From IMG/VR virus record IMGVR_UViG_3300030019_000008: 64,000 nucleotides of DNA, one strand, 5' to 3'. Source of the DNA: a virus. This document shows, in pieces, positions 40,464 to 48,806 of this stretch. Position 1 is the stretch's first letter, and each line of letters begins with the position of its first letter. The translations under genes were made by a program, and so were the position numbers. The notes beneath the pieces were generated by a model that did not search any database, was not told the DNA's origin, and worked only from the letters and a program-made list of their open reading frames with translations.

Positions 40464-40877
40464 TCAATCTTCGTCGGGAGAACTTGTGCAGTGACCGGTT
40501 TGACTGGACACATCGAGACTCTCGCAGAGACTCGTCTGAATCAGGAAACGAGCCATGCGAAAGAGACTCTTGTGATGATCGTGACGAGCGGTCATGAGGA
40601 GACGTTCATCACCGCGCTTGATACGCAAGGCCAGGCTGATCCCAACGTATTCCTTGGGAGAACCCGCCGTGAAGCCACGCAGGACGTACTGGTTGCCGTT
40701 CTTGGACTTCAGGATGTGGACATTATTACCCTGTCGCCAAAGCATGAACTGAGCACGTGTACGGACGACCTCAACGAGTTCGTCAATCATGGGAATCAAG
40801 CACTGGGCATGATCCTCACAATTTTCATACGTGCCTTCCAGGCCCTTGGACGTGGTCCTCAAAAGTTCTTCTTTCAT
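40464..40877 (-). CDS. hypothetical early protein
   Basis: 137 aa, GAGG RBS, early promoter upstream. Confidence 0.75.
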   Translation of the reverse strand: MKEELLRTTSKGLEGTYENCEDHAQCLIPMIDELVEVVRTRAQFMLWRQGNNVHILKSKNGNQYVLRGFTAGSPKEYVGISLALRIKRGDERLLMTARHDHHKSLFRMARFLIQTSLCESLDVSSQTGHCTSSPDED

Positions 40878-40991
40878 TTTACTACCTCTCTGTCTGGTCC
40901 TAATAACCTAGACTGTTAATGACGCGAAGTTACATGCTCGATTGCATGGCTTCAACAAGAATGAGTTATGCGCTTAACACAACTCAAATAA

Positions 40992-41008
40992 GTAATGTAG
41001 GTTTGAGA
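40992..41008 (-). promoter_or_regulatory. early-type promoter
   Basis: TCTCAAACCTACATTAC. Confidence 0.65.
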
Positions 41009-41027
41009 TTTCTTTGAGCACAGCATA

Positions 41028-41063
41028 TATCCTACCTAATGCAGGAATGCATTAGGTAGGATA
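41028..41063 (-). terminator. hairpin terminator
   Basis: 16-bp perfect stem. Confidence 0.7.
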
Positions 41064-41065
41064 GG

Positions 41066-41242
41066 TTACTTCTTCTTGGATTTCTTTTTGCTGTGCTTGT
41101 GGGACAGTTCTTCATCCCGGCGCTTATCAGCTTCAAGGAACTCACGAGCGGTCTTTTGGTCAATGCCGACTTTGTCAGCAAATTCCTTATTGTGAGCAGC
41201 CGCTTCCATGAGCCGGTGTTGCTTCTCCGACTTTGATGGCAT
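41066..41242 (-). CDS. small basic protein (58 aa) missed by ORF track
   Basis: AGGAG RBS; MPSKSEKQHRLMEAAAHNKEFADKVGIDQKTAREFLEADKRRDEELSHKHSKKKSKKK. Confidence 0.8.
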   Translation of the reverse strand: MPSKSEKQHRLMEAAAHNKEFADKVGIDQKTAREFLEADKRRDEELSHKHSKKKSKKK

Positions 41243-41264
41243 TACACTCTCCTGAATCAGTGTC

Positions 41265-41825
41265 TCACTGAACGCCCAAGGCAGTCAGTGACGAGGGTGG
41301 AAAATAGATCCTCTCATACGATCCGTCTTCTCGCACCTTGTAGATCCAACAAAGAACTGCATCCGGAGGAACCAACTTGAAGATGCTCTGGGCTGGGATA
41401 GACCGATCAGACACATCTCCTGCATAATGCACCGCCTTGCTTTCCTCAGGAGTATCGCCCATGAGTGCATAGTAGAGCAAATTGCAGTTTCTCTTGGGGA
41501 GTTCCGGATCAGGTTGAAGCACTCGATGGGATGCGAGATATCGCCGCAAGATAGTGTTTTGAATCTTCTCCACTTCAGCAGCGCATTGCTCTTTGGGCTT
41601 TTCCTCAGCCTTTTTCAAAAGAGCATTCGCAATAGGCATCTGCCGATCAGTTTTGAGAAACTCCTGAAACGACATATCGAAGCGGGCCATAGCCCACCCT
41701 GACTCGATCATGCCCTCGAGCTTGATCAGTACGCCCATCGTGTCAGCGACTGTCGCGATGAATTCATCCAGTGTGTATTCCATCACAGTCTCCATTAGTG
41801 CAGGGACCGGGACGGGGAGTGGCAT
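41265..41825 (-). CDS. hypothetical protein
   Basis: ~172-186 aa; start probably an internal ATG. Confidence 0.7.
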   Translation of the reverse strand: MPLPVPVPALMETVMEYTLDEFIATVADTMGVLIKLEGMIESGWAMARFDMSFQEFLKTDRQMPIANALLKKAEEKPKEQCAAEVEKIQNTILRRYLASHRVLQPDPELPKRNCNLLYYALMGDTPEESKAVHYAGDVSDRSIPAQSIFKLVPPDAVLCWIYKVREDGSYERIYFPPSSLTALGVQ

Positions 41826-42430
41826 GCGATGCTGTCATCACAAACGATGCCCCTGGCTTGAGTATTGAATTTCTCACAGAGCAGTTCGACGTGTGTGATA
41901 GAGATCATGGCTTTTTTGAAATCTCTCATGGGCAATAAGATCAAAACATCATTGGTGAGGTTATTCGAGTACGCCATTACCTTCTCGAAGACCTCTTCAA
42001 TACTACCCACGCTTTCAACGAACTGCCAAACAGGAGGTTTCTGGTCTTCCTTGAGATCGATGTAGAGTTCAGGGTTATCTGCAATTGCAGGATGGGTGTA
42101 AACATATGCCAGATCTGTACACCCTTCAGGCATGCACATGTTCAGGCGGTAGCACCCTGTGGTAGAAACATACTCAATCAGATTTCGGATGAAGCTATCT
42201 TGATCGCATTTATCCTCCAGATACGCTGTGAACAAATCGAGATACCAGTTTTCTTTGGTCCATTGCGAGTAGGACTTCTCAACCCCAATCACAAACCCAA
42301 AACAAACGGCCTTGAGAATACCCAGGACAAGCATGTGTTTCCTGGGGTTCTGGATGAGTTTTTGGTAGAACTCATCATAGAGTGCTTTGCTGCTAATCAT
42401 TTCTTTGTCCTTCAAGTGTTTGAGGTTCAA
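41795..42430 (-). CDS. hypothetical early protein
   Basis: ~200 aa downstream of early promoter. Confidence 0.7.
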   Translation of the reverse strand: MNLKHLKDKEMISSKALYDEFYQKLIQNPRKHMLVLGILKAVCFGFVIGVEKSYSQWTKENWYLDLFTAYLEDKCDQDSFIRNLIEYVSTTGCYRLNMCMPEGCTDLAYVYTHPAIADNPELYIDLKEDQKPPVWQFVESVGSIEEVFEKVMAYSNNLTNDVLILLPMRDFKKAMISITHVELLCEKFNTQARGIVCDDSIACHSPSRSLH

Positions 42431-42452
42431 TGGGAGATTAACCTCTATACAA

Positions 42453-42469
42453 GTAATGAGTGTTTGAAC
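42453..42469 (-). promoter_or_regulatory. early-type promoter
   Basis: GTTCAAACACTCATTAC. Confidence 0.75.
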
Positions 42470-42478
42470 TAATCTGCG

Positions 42479-43126
42479 TCACTCAGCCCAAACGGCAGGA
42501 TATTGAAAACCATCCTGAATGAAGGCACCGGTATCAATCTTTACCTTGAGGGTCGGCATGTCGTTCTTGATCACTCTGGATACGGTCGTCGCAAAGAACA
42601 GAACAGGTTGAAAGAGCTCACTGTCCTGCTCCAACTGGCGCTCCAAGGTATCGATGAAATACCAGTAGCCAGACATCTCAGCAGTAACTGCCTTAGCGAT
42701 AGATTGCCTCAGTATGCCTGCATCGTCAGAATCAGATGCCAGCATATTCTTCCAGTATAGGTAGTGGAGAAACTCCACCATAGCCGCTGTGACGTTTGTT
42801 CCAATGGAATCAAAATGCAGGTCTCCATCATGGAGCATATCCACAGATGGCATCTGAATCACCAGGGTGTGTTTCTCAATCCCATCTTCACGATAGGCTC
42901 TGGCTGATTCAAAGATCTTATCCCAAATGCGCACTGTCTTTGGGTCGGTATTAACAATGTGCATGGAGTGGATGTATGCAGATGCAGCAATGGGTCGATA
43001 GTTGGTTTTCTTCCGGTAGACAGCCCATACCAGAAGTTTCTCAAGCCAAGTAGATACTTTGTTTATGTTGACGAGAATGAAGCCTCCAAGCAACACGCTC
43101 GACAAGGCCAGTAGTGATTTATCCAC
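42479..43126 (-). CDS. membrane-anchored hypothetical protein
   Basis: 215 aa, N-terminal hydrophobic helix. Confidence 0.7.
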   Translation of the reverse strand: MDKSLLALSSVLLGGFILVNINKVSTWLEKLLVWAVYRKKTNYRPIAASAYIHSMHIVNTDPKTVRIWDKIFESARAYREDGIEKHTLVIQMPSVDMLHDGDLHFDSIGTNVTAAMVEFLHYLYWKNMLASDSDDAGILRQSIAKAVTAEMSGYWYFIDTLERQLEQDSELFQPVLFFATTVSRVIKNDMPTLKVKIDTGAFIQDGFQYPAVWAE

Positions 43127-43199
43127 GATATCATCCTGGTTAATGGTAGGGTATGGCTATCTGATATACTGTTCCTGTAAAAAGAAAATGCGGAGTAAC

Positions 43200-43232
43200 A
43201 CCAGGGATAGAGGCATAGCCTCTATCCCTGGT
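43200..43232 (-). terminator. hairpin terminator
   Basis: 15-bp perfect stem. Confidence 0.7.
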
Positions 43233-43364
43233 CTCCCGTCACTTTCATGTGCTCAGCGATGTTACCGCCTGAGAAGCAGTTGGCTACTCTCCAGACTTGC
43301 ATCCTTATAGGCGATGCCAGACCCCAATGCGCGCAGTTCTCTGCATATGTATATACCTAAATAC

Positions 43365-43395
43365 AAAAAAAAGACACCGGGTTAAGGGTGTCTTT
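43365..43395 (-). terminator. intrinsic terminator
   Basis: AAAGACACC/GGTGTCTTT stem plus T-run. Confidence 0.65.
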
Positions 43396-43399
43396 GATT

Positions 43400-43618
43400 T
43401 CAAAAATGGTTCTTCATACCTTCGAGCCAATTTGCAGGCATTCGAAAATCCGTAGGTGTGGCAAGACCAGGCTGTTGATTGATCATTGCAAACCCAATTG
43501 TCACAGGACTACCTACCTGTCCGCCTCCAATGATCTGTTCACCCACTCCTACCTGCTGGAGACCGACATTGGAGTTGGTTACATCAGAATCACTGGTCAA
43601 AGAAGCTACTTTACTCAT
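43400..43618 (-). CDS. small hypothetical protein
   Basis: 72 aa, AGGAG RBS, terminator directly after. Confidence 0.65.
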   Translation of the reverse strand: MSKVASLTSDSDVTNSNVGLQQVGVGEQIIGGGQVGSPVTIGFAMINQQPGLATPTDFRMPANWLEGMKNHF

Positions 43619-43671
43619 GAAGATCTCCTAGTTTGTACTAGAAGATATCATGGTGCTGGTTGGCCTAAATA

Positions 43672-44385
43672 TCAGGCCTTCTTCTTCTTCTTTGCGAGCG
43701 GATCGTGGGATTCGAGATTTGATGTGCTCTTCGGAAACTGGGGATTGGATTCTCTGGATGGGTGACTGGTTGCTCCGCGACTGCAACTTCCGTTGCGCAG
43801 GTGCCACCCCTCAACAACATTGTCAACCACATCCATCATTGAGTCAAGCTGAATGTAGTCGGTCTCGCCATTGCAGACATGCAAAACCTTGTACTTGTTA
43901 TCGGGAAAACGGATGATGTCCGTATACCCGAGACGAGAAACAACCACTGACTCACCATCAGCCTTGGCGGGCGATGCAGTGCTGGCGATATCCAACAAGA
44001 CATTGAGCCTGGCCAAGTTCAGGAGTTCGTTGATCTTGAGCTCAATCAGGAGGTGAGAGCGGGTCAAAGAATCAAACTCGGCATCATTGCCGACATGGCT
44101 CTTGATGCGCTGGGTCAGCAGATCATTACCGACTTCCAGGATCATCAGATGGTAGCTGTTGGGGCGGCCAGTTTTTTGAAGCACGTAAAACTCGTGCTCG
44201 TCATCGACAGTGACGGTCCGCATTTGGTCGTCGAAAATCTCCACATGCTTTCCGCTGATGTAGAAGTCCACCAATGATTTCGCTTTGTATTCTTTCTTGC
44301 TCATTTCTTTTTCCCTTCTGACCGAAGAATATTGATTACGGCACATACCTCGAAATGACAGATGGGATTTTACGTCCCATATCAA
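43672..44385 (-). CDS. hypothetical protein
   Basis: ORF; probable start at internal MSKKEYK. Confidence 0.7.
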   Translation of the reverse strand: MIWDVKSHLSFRGMCRNQYSSVRREKEMSKKEYKAKSLVDFYISGKHVEIFDDQMRTVTVDDEHEFYVLQKTGRPNSYHLMILEVGNDLLTQRIKSHVGNDAEFDSLTRSHLLIELKINELLNLARLNVLLDIASTASPAKADGESVVVSRLGYTDIIRFPDNKYKVLHVCNGETDYIQLDSMMDVVDNVVEGWHLRNGSCSRGATSHPSRESNPQFPKSTSNLESHDPLAKKKKKA

Positions 44386-44749
44386 TCAGTCCGAGTTCAG
44401 TGATCAAACGATCCTTGAATGCATGGTAACCGCCGGTGAATTTGGTGGCATTTTTCTCACTTACCAAATCACCAATGGTCTCAACAAACGCTTTTGCATC
44501 ATCAACTGTGATACGAAGACCCAGAGTGTGTTCACCGCCATTGTGCGGACACCCGTTACATTCTTCACGAGTGAACAACCGATTGATGGTCCCCCCATAA
44601 TACAGCGACTCCAACAAGTCACCACCAGGGGTGTGCTGCGCCATCGTGAAGTTGAACCAGTACTTATGTTTATACGATGAATCATCGGATGACATCAAGT
44701 CACTCCTTAACATAGAAACAGTAATTCCTAACGTCTGCTGAAGCTTCAA
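44336..44749 (-). CDS. hypothetical protein
   Basis: ORF; probable start near MSSDDSS after AAGGAG. Confidence 0.65.
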   Translation of the reverse strand: MKLQQTLGITVSMLRSDLMSSDDSSYKHKYWFNFTMAQHTPGGDLLESLYYGGTINRLFTREECNGCPHNGGEHTLGLRITVDDAKAFVETIGDLVSEKNATKFTGGYHAFKDRLITELGLIDMGRKIPSVISRYVP

Positions 44750-45125
44750 CTATTTCGGTGAGCTCACGGTCTAGTGCAATGCAGGCCAGCATTTCAAGCT
44801 CACTTATATTGACGTGCCTGCAAATGAAGAGAATGGACTGAGGTGAAAGGAACTGAGACTCAGTGATGTTCAGATCTCTGATATGTGCTTTGCAAAATTG
44901 TGTTACCACATCACTGTAATGCAGGACGAACAGGCACTTACTACCAAGGAGGAGAAGCTGGCCTACCTTATCACCTTTGACATTGAAAATATTGCGATTT
45001 GAGTCAATGTCGAAGATCTTAGTGCGATCACCGCAGACTACTCTAAAAACCTGCCGCGGGTATCTTTCTGTATCATGCTCCAGTTCATAAAACGTTCCAT
45101 GATACAGTGTTTTTACGCATGTCAC
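44700..45125 (-). CDS. hypothetical protein, paralog family A
   Basis: shares LEMLACIA-D...ADV with 45140..45535. Confidence 0.75.
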   Translation of the reverse strand: MTCVKTLYHGTFYELEHDTERYPRQVFRVVCGDRTKIFDIDSNRNIFNVKGDKVGQLLLLGSKCLFVLHYSDVVTQFCKAHIRDLNITESQFLSPQSILFICRHVNISELEMLACIALDRELTEIVEASADVRNYCFYVKE

Positions 45126-45139
45126 GATGCCTCTTCCTG

Positions 45140-45535
45140 CTACAGTTTGGGTATGGAATACTCAACATCAGCAGCCAACCTCACGATATTCAAGACCTGT
45201 TGATCGCGGGCGATGCATGCCAGCATTTCCAACTTTGCCAGACAAACATAGCCGGGGCCAGTGAGATGAAGATCTTCGAGAGAGACTTTGCAGGTCTGAG
45301 TAATGTTCTCATCGTAAACAACCTCGACATAACAAGTCCCAGACCTACTCTGATCAATGATCACTTTGCCAATAGGTTTCCCACTAGGATCAAAAAGACA
45401 ACAGCTCGAATCAATCCGCATTAACACTCGACCACCGCCGGTGGCGAGGTCTTTATAAATGATGCGCGAATCATCATCAGTGTTGTGCACCATGACATAC
45501 ACAACACCATCGTATCTGGCTTCCCCACAGATCAC
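45140..45535 (-). CDS. hypothetical protein, paralog family A
   Basis: shares LEMLACIA-D...ADV with 44700..45125. Confidence 0.75.
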   Translation of the reverse strand: MICGEARYDGVVYVMVHNTDDDSRIIYKDLATGGGRVLMRIDSSCCLFDPSGKPIGKVIIDQSRSGTCYVEVVYDENITQTCKVSLEDLHLTGPGYVCLAKLEMLACIARDQQVLNIVRLAADVEYSIPKL

Positions 45536-45547
45536 CGTTATTCCTTT

Positions 45548-46756
45548 CTATTCATTCAAGAAAGCAACTTGTTTTTCAAAGCCATCAAACCAGATGCTTC
45601 CATCGCAATACTGAGATACGACTTTGTAGAGATCAGTGTTTGAAGTAGTTCCGGTAAAGTCGGTATAGGTGCCATTGGAGGTAACCACCAAATTATCCAC
45701 CGACGTTAGTTTTTCAGCCAGAGGCGTTCCCAGGTCGCAGTTAACCACATACATCGTTTCGGTCTGACCATGCCTCCAACACAATATCTTAGGTTCGCCA
45801 GATTCGGTGACTGCACTCACAGTCGCCCATCCATCACCAATGAATACCGGATTGGTGACAGAGGCCATCCCCCGCACTACCCTGCTTTTCTTGAGGCATA
45901 GCTCTCCTTGGTCATCACGATAAACATGTGAGAACTCTAGGCCTCGGTCCACAACTGGCACCACCACATCTTTCATTTTGCAGGTAGCTATATCAGACAT
46001 CATGAAGTAGTCATCTGCATTCCGGCACATACTGATAACAGATGCCAGGGCGTCTTTCTTCTCACCGTCGATGGCGGTTGAAGTGGATCTTCTGCTGCGC
46101 TGAAACTTTACCGGAGTTTTTGTGGATTTGCTCTTGACTTCGATCTTTGTGATTTTCTGAACTTCCCGGCCTTTACCATCGACATCATCCTCGATAATCC
46201 AGAGCGCTGCTGTTTTCTCTTCTTGGCTAAGGAAGGTGCGTCTCTGGGTAGCTACACTCTCATATTCTTTCAGTTCAATATCCTTTCTCACAATGTCCAT
46301 TGAAAGAATATGAAGTTTGCCTTCATAGCTCACATATCCGAAAGCAATGCCCTCACTCTCCCCATCTTCCCAGGTCCCAATTTTCGTTATAGTTTTGAAT
46401 TCTCCATTGGGTTTCAGGTGTGAGTATTGGAGTATTAGCTCACACTTCACATACACATCTTCAGTTTTGCAAACACTGACAGACCCAAAATTTTTACTTT
46501 CTGGATCTTCATCCACAACTACACCGCTAATTGTTGTTCTGTAGATGGAAAGCAACCCATCACCATACAGTACGGCCAGATAGTCTTTGAACCCGACTAT
46601 TTGAAGAATGCTGTCATTGCAGCCTATGTGTTTGACGGTAACATGGTGGCCTTCATCGTAGTGTGCTGGTATAAGTGCAATACTGGCTTCGGTGCTACCC
46701 ACTCCAGCAACAGCCAGGCAAACATCATTCCTGGCGTGCTTGACACTTACCTGCAT
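45548..46756 (-). CDS. hypothetical beta-rich protein
   Basis: 402 aa, AGGAG RBS. Confidence 0.75.
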   Translation of the reverse strand: MQVSVKHARNDVCLAVAGVGSTEASIALIPAHYDEGHHVTVKHIGCNDSILQIVGFKDYLAVLYGDGLLSIYRTTISGVVVDEDPESKNFGSVSVCKTEDVYVKCELILQYSHLKPNGEFKTITKIGTWEDGESEGIAFGYVSYEGKLHILSMDIVRKDIELKEYESVATQRRTFLSQEEKTAALWIIEDDVDGKGREVQKITKIEVKSKSTKTPVKFQRSRRSTSTAIDGEKKDALASVISMCRNADDYFMMSDIATCKMKDVVVPVVDRGLEFSHVYRDDQGELCLKKSRVVRGMASVTNPVFIGDGWATVSAVTESGEPKILCWRHGQTETMYVVNCDLGTPLAEKLTSVDNLVVTSNGTYTDFTGTTSNTDLYKVVSQYCDGSIWFDGFEKQVAFLNE

Positions 46757-46765
46757 CTGCGACTC

Positions 46766-47212
46766 CTAGAGATTAATATTGGCGAAGTGAAGGCTGCTGA
46801 TTGGGTAGCATATGAAGAACTCATCAGCAGTAACGCACTCGGCCTGCTTATCGAGCCAAAGCCCCATGACCAGTTCAGCCATGGCTAGTTTCACATAGTC
46901 GGCTTGCCTGCCAACGATGTTGAACTCAAGCACAGACTCGCTGGTTTTCATTGCCTTGTATTTGAAAGTGGTTTCATCGTGTTCTTTTTCATAGAACGAG
47001 ATGTATCCCAGTTTCTCAGCAGTGGCGGCATCGCTCACATACAGAGAACTACTGATGGAAACACCAGAACGACCAGACGGGCAAACCACATCGCGACTGT
47101 CATCATCACAGCCGTGATTGAGAACATAAGTGCCACCCGCTGCATCCATAGTCATCATGCAAAACTTATCCATTACCCTGTACTCCTTTTTCTTCAAGAT
47201 GTTTTTTGGCAA
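46766..47212 (-). CDS. hypothetical protein
   Basis: ORF; probable start MDKFC after AAGGAG. Confidence 0.65.
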   Translation of the reverse strand: MPKNILKKKEYRVMDKFCMMTMDAAGGTYVLNHGCDDDSRDVVCPSGRSGVSISSSLYVSDAATAEKLGYISFYEKEHDETTFKYKAMKTSESVLEFNIVGRQADYVKLAMAELVMGLWLDKQAECVTADEFFICYPISSLHFANINL

Positions 47213-47582
47213 ATTCCAAACACTCCATGATGCATGTACGAATCAGTTCTGCGTCATTGGGATAGGTTGTTACCATTCCCCTCTGAGTGAAGGCTAGTGC
47301 CTTATTGAATTCAAACGTTCTGACCATTATGGGGTCGTGATGATCATTGAGAATGGTCTCGATGGCGCTCTTCATCGGAATGTTCAAGAATGCATCAGGA
47401 GCATTCTGTGCAATTGCTCCGATTACAGAGTTATTGACGAACTTGAACTGGGTGTAAAAGTCCTTACTGAAGCGACGAAAATGACCGAACATAGTGACTT
47501 TGAAATAATGCCTGATGCATTGCTCGTGCTCTTCACAGCTTTTGTTTTCAAAGTCGAACTCTTTTTGAACCTCAGCCGGCAT
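47166..47582 (-). CDS. hypothetical protein, paralog family B
   Basis: FDFE...IRHYFK..F.HF.R.SKDF shared with 47572..47988. Confidence 0.8.
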   Translation of the reverse strand: MPAEVQKEFDFENKSCEEHEQCIRHYFKVTMFGHFRRFSKDFYTQFKFVNNSVIGAIAQNAPDAFLNIPMKSAIETILNDHHDPIMVRTFEFNKALAFTQRGMVTTYPNDAELIRTCIMECLEFAKKHLEEKGVQGNG

Positions 47583-47988
47583 CCTTCACCTCTTGTTCTT
47601 GAAGAAGACCATCTATGTAATCCTGACACTCTTGAGCGCACTGCCTGATGAGGGTTTCATTGTCAGGATTGTTCTGCATCATCAGACGCCCTGTCTCACC
47701 CACCAGATGCATGATTCTCACAGCGTTCATTTGGTAGCTGGAGGGCGTATCTGTCAGATCAGCCATCACCAGCACAATTGCTTCTTCCATGGTGGCATAT
47801 TCTTGCGGAATACCCACTTCTTTTTCCGAGACGCGATACGTGCTGTTGAATCGCAATTTATAGATGAGTTTAAAATCCTTACTTATCCTCACGAAATGAC
47901 GGAAAAGGGTCTCCTTGAAATAGTGTCTGATGTACCGTTCCGAGTACTCAGCATCGCGCTTCTCAAAATCAAACTTTTTCACTATCAC
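47572..47988 (-). CDS. hypothetical protein, paralog family B
   Basis: same length (138 aa) and motifs as 47166..47582. Confidence 0.8.
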   Translation of the reverse strand: MIVKKFDFEKRDAEYSERYIRHYFKETLFRHFVRISKDFKLIYKLRFNSTYRVSEKEVGIPQEYATMEEAIVLVMADLTDTPSSYQMNAVRIMHLVGETGRLMMQNNPDNETLIRQCAQECQDYIDGLLQEQEVKDAG

Positions 47989-48004
47989 ATCCTCAAGAAT
48001 TCTT

Positions 48005-48040
48005 CTCAGCTAGTAGAAGAAGCTTCTTCTACTAGCTGAG
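48005..48040. repeat. 36-bp perfect loopless palindrome
   Basis: CTCAGCTAGTAGAAGAAG|CTTCTTCTACTAGCTGAG is its own reverse complement. Confidence 0.95.
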
Positions 48041-48443
48041 CTGTTGATCTGCGAAACATGGTTTCTGTTTCATTATAGGCTATGCACTGAGCCAGGTACG
48101 CTTTGACCTTAAAGTATCCGGTCTTAAAGAGTGATTTGAACTGGAGCTCGTATAACGACTCACCCAGTCCCAATTGTTCATGCAGGATCTTTACGGAATT
48201 GAATCCAAACCCCACAACCCCGGTATGCCTATCCAGACACAAGTACTCTTCCATAACCCGATGTTCATGGGGGTTGGGGGCATAAGTGACATAATGAGAC
48301 AGAAACGTGACGCATTCAAAAAATGTCTTAATTCGGTGATCCTTGGTAATCTTCCTACACTGTGCTTCAATCTCACTGCTATTTGTGTCATCCCAGAATG
48401 GACCCTTGTCTTTCCATTCTATCCGAAACACTAAGGCATCCAT
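48006..48443 (-). CDS. hypothetical phage protein
   Basis: 145 aa, AGGAG RBS; VFRIE..GPF, PNP, FGFNS pattern. Confidence 0.75.
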   Translation of the reverse strand: MDALVFRIEWKDKGPFWDDTNSSEIEAQCRKITKDHRIKTFFECVTFLSHYVTYAPNPHEHRVMEEYLCLDRHTGVVGFGFNSVKILHEQLGLGESLYELQFKSLFKTGYFKVKAYLAQCIAYNETETMFRRSTAQLVEEASSTS

Positions 48444-48469
48444 TCTTTTCTCCTGTAATGGAAGTAGTG

Positions 48470-48748
48470 TTACGCCGAGTTCTTGAGATGAAGTTCGTAG
48501 TAGTGATTCACCTTTTGTTTCTTGGCTTCAACTACGTCATTGTCGCACCTATCAATCAGACCAAGTTCAATGCACTGCTCGATGGCTGCATAGAGGTGAT
48601 TGATTTCTTCAGTGAGCTCTTCCCGATTCGTGTTACCGGTAGCCGGGTTGATAGACCTCGGCCCGAACTCCATCATCTTGGCAGCTGCTTTACCAATCTC
48701 GTCTGACTCTTCACGAAGTTTGTGAAGGAAGAATTCTTGCTTGTTCAT
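48470..48748 (-). CDS. MazG-like NTP pyrophosphohydrolase-fold protein
   Basis: KLREESDEI...K...NREELTEEINHL pattern; start revised to MNKQEF with AGGA RBS. Confidence 0.6.
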   Translation of the reverse strand: MNKQEFFLHKLREESDEIGKAAAKMMEFGPRSINPATGNTNREELTEEINHLYAAIEQCIELGLIDRCDNDVVEAKKQKVNHYYELHLKNSA

Positions 48749-48771
48749 TTGAGTTATTCCTATTTGACGGC

Positions 48772-48806
48772 AAAAAAGAATCACCAGGGGAACAATCCCC
48801 TGGTGA
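48772..48806 (-). terminator. intrinsic terminator closing the ncRNA
   Basis: TCACCAGGGGA/TCCCCTGGTGA 11-bp stem then TTCTTTTTT on minus strand. Confidence 0.8.
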
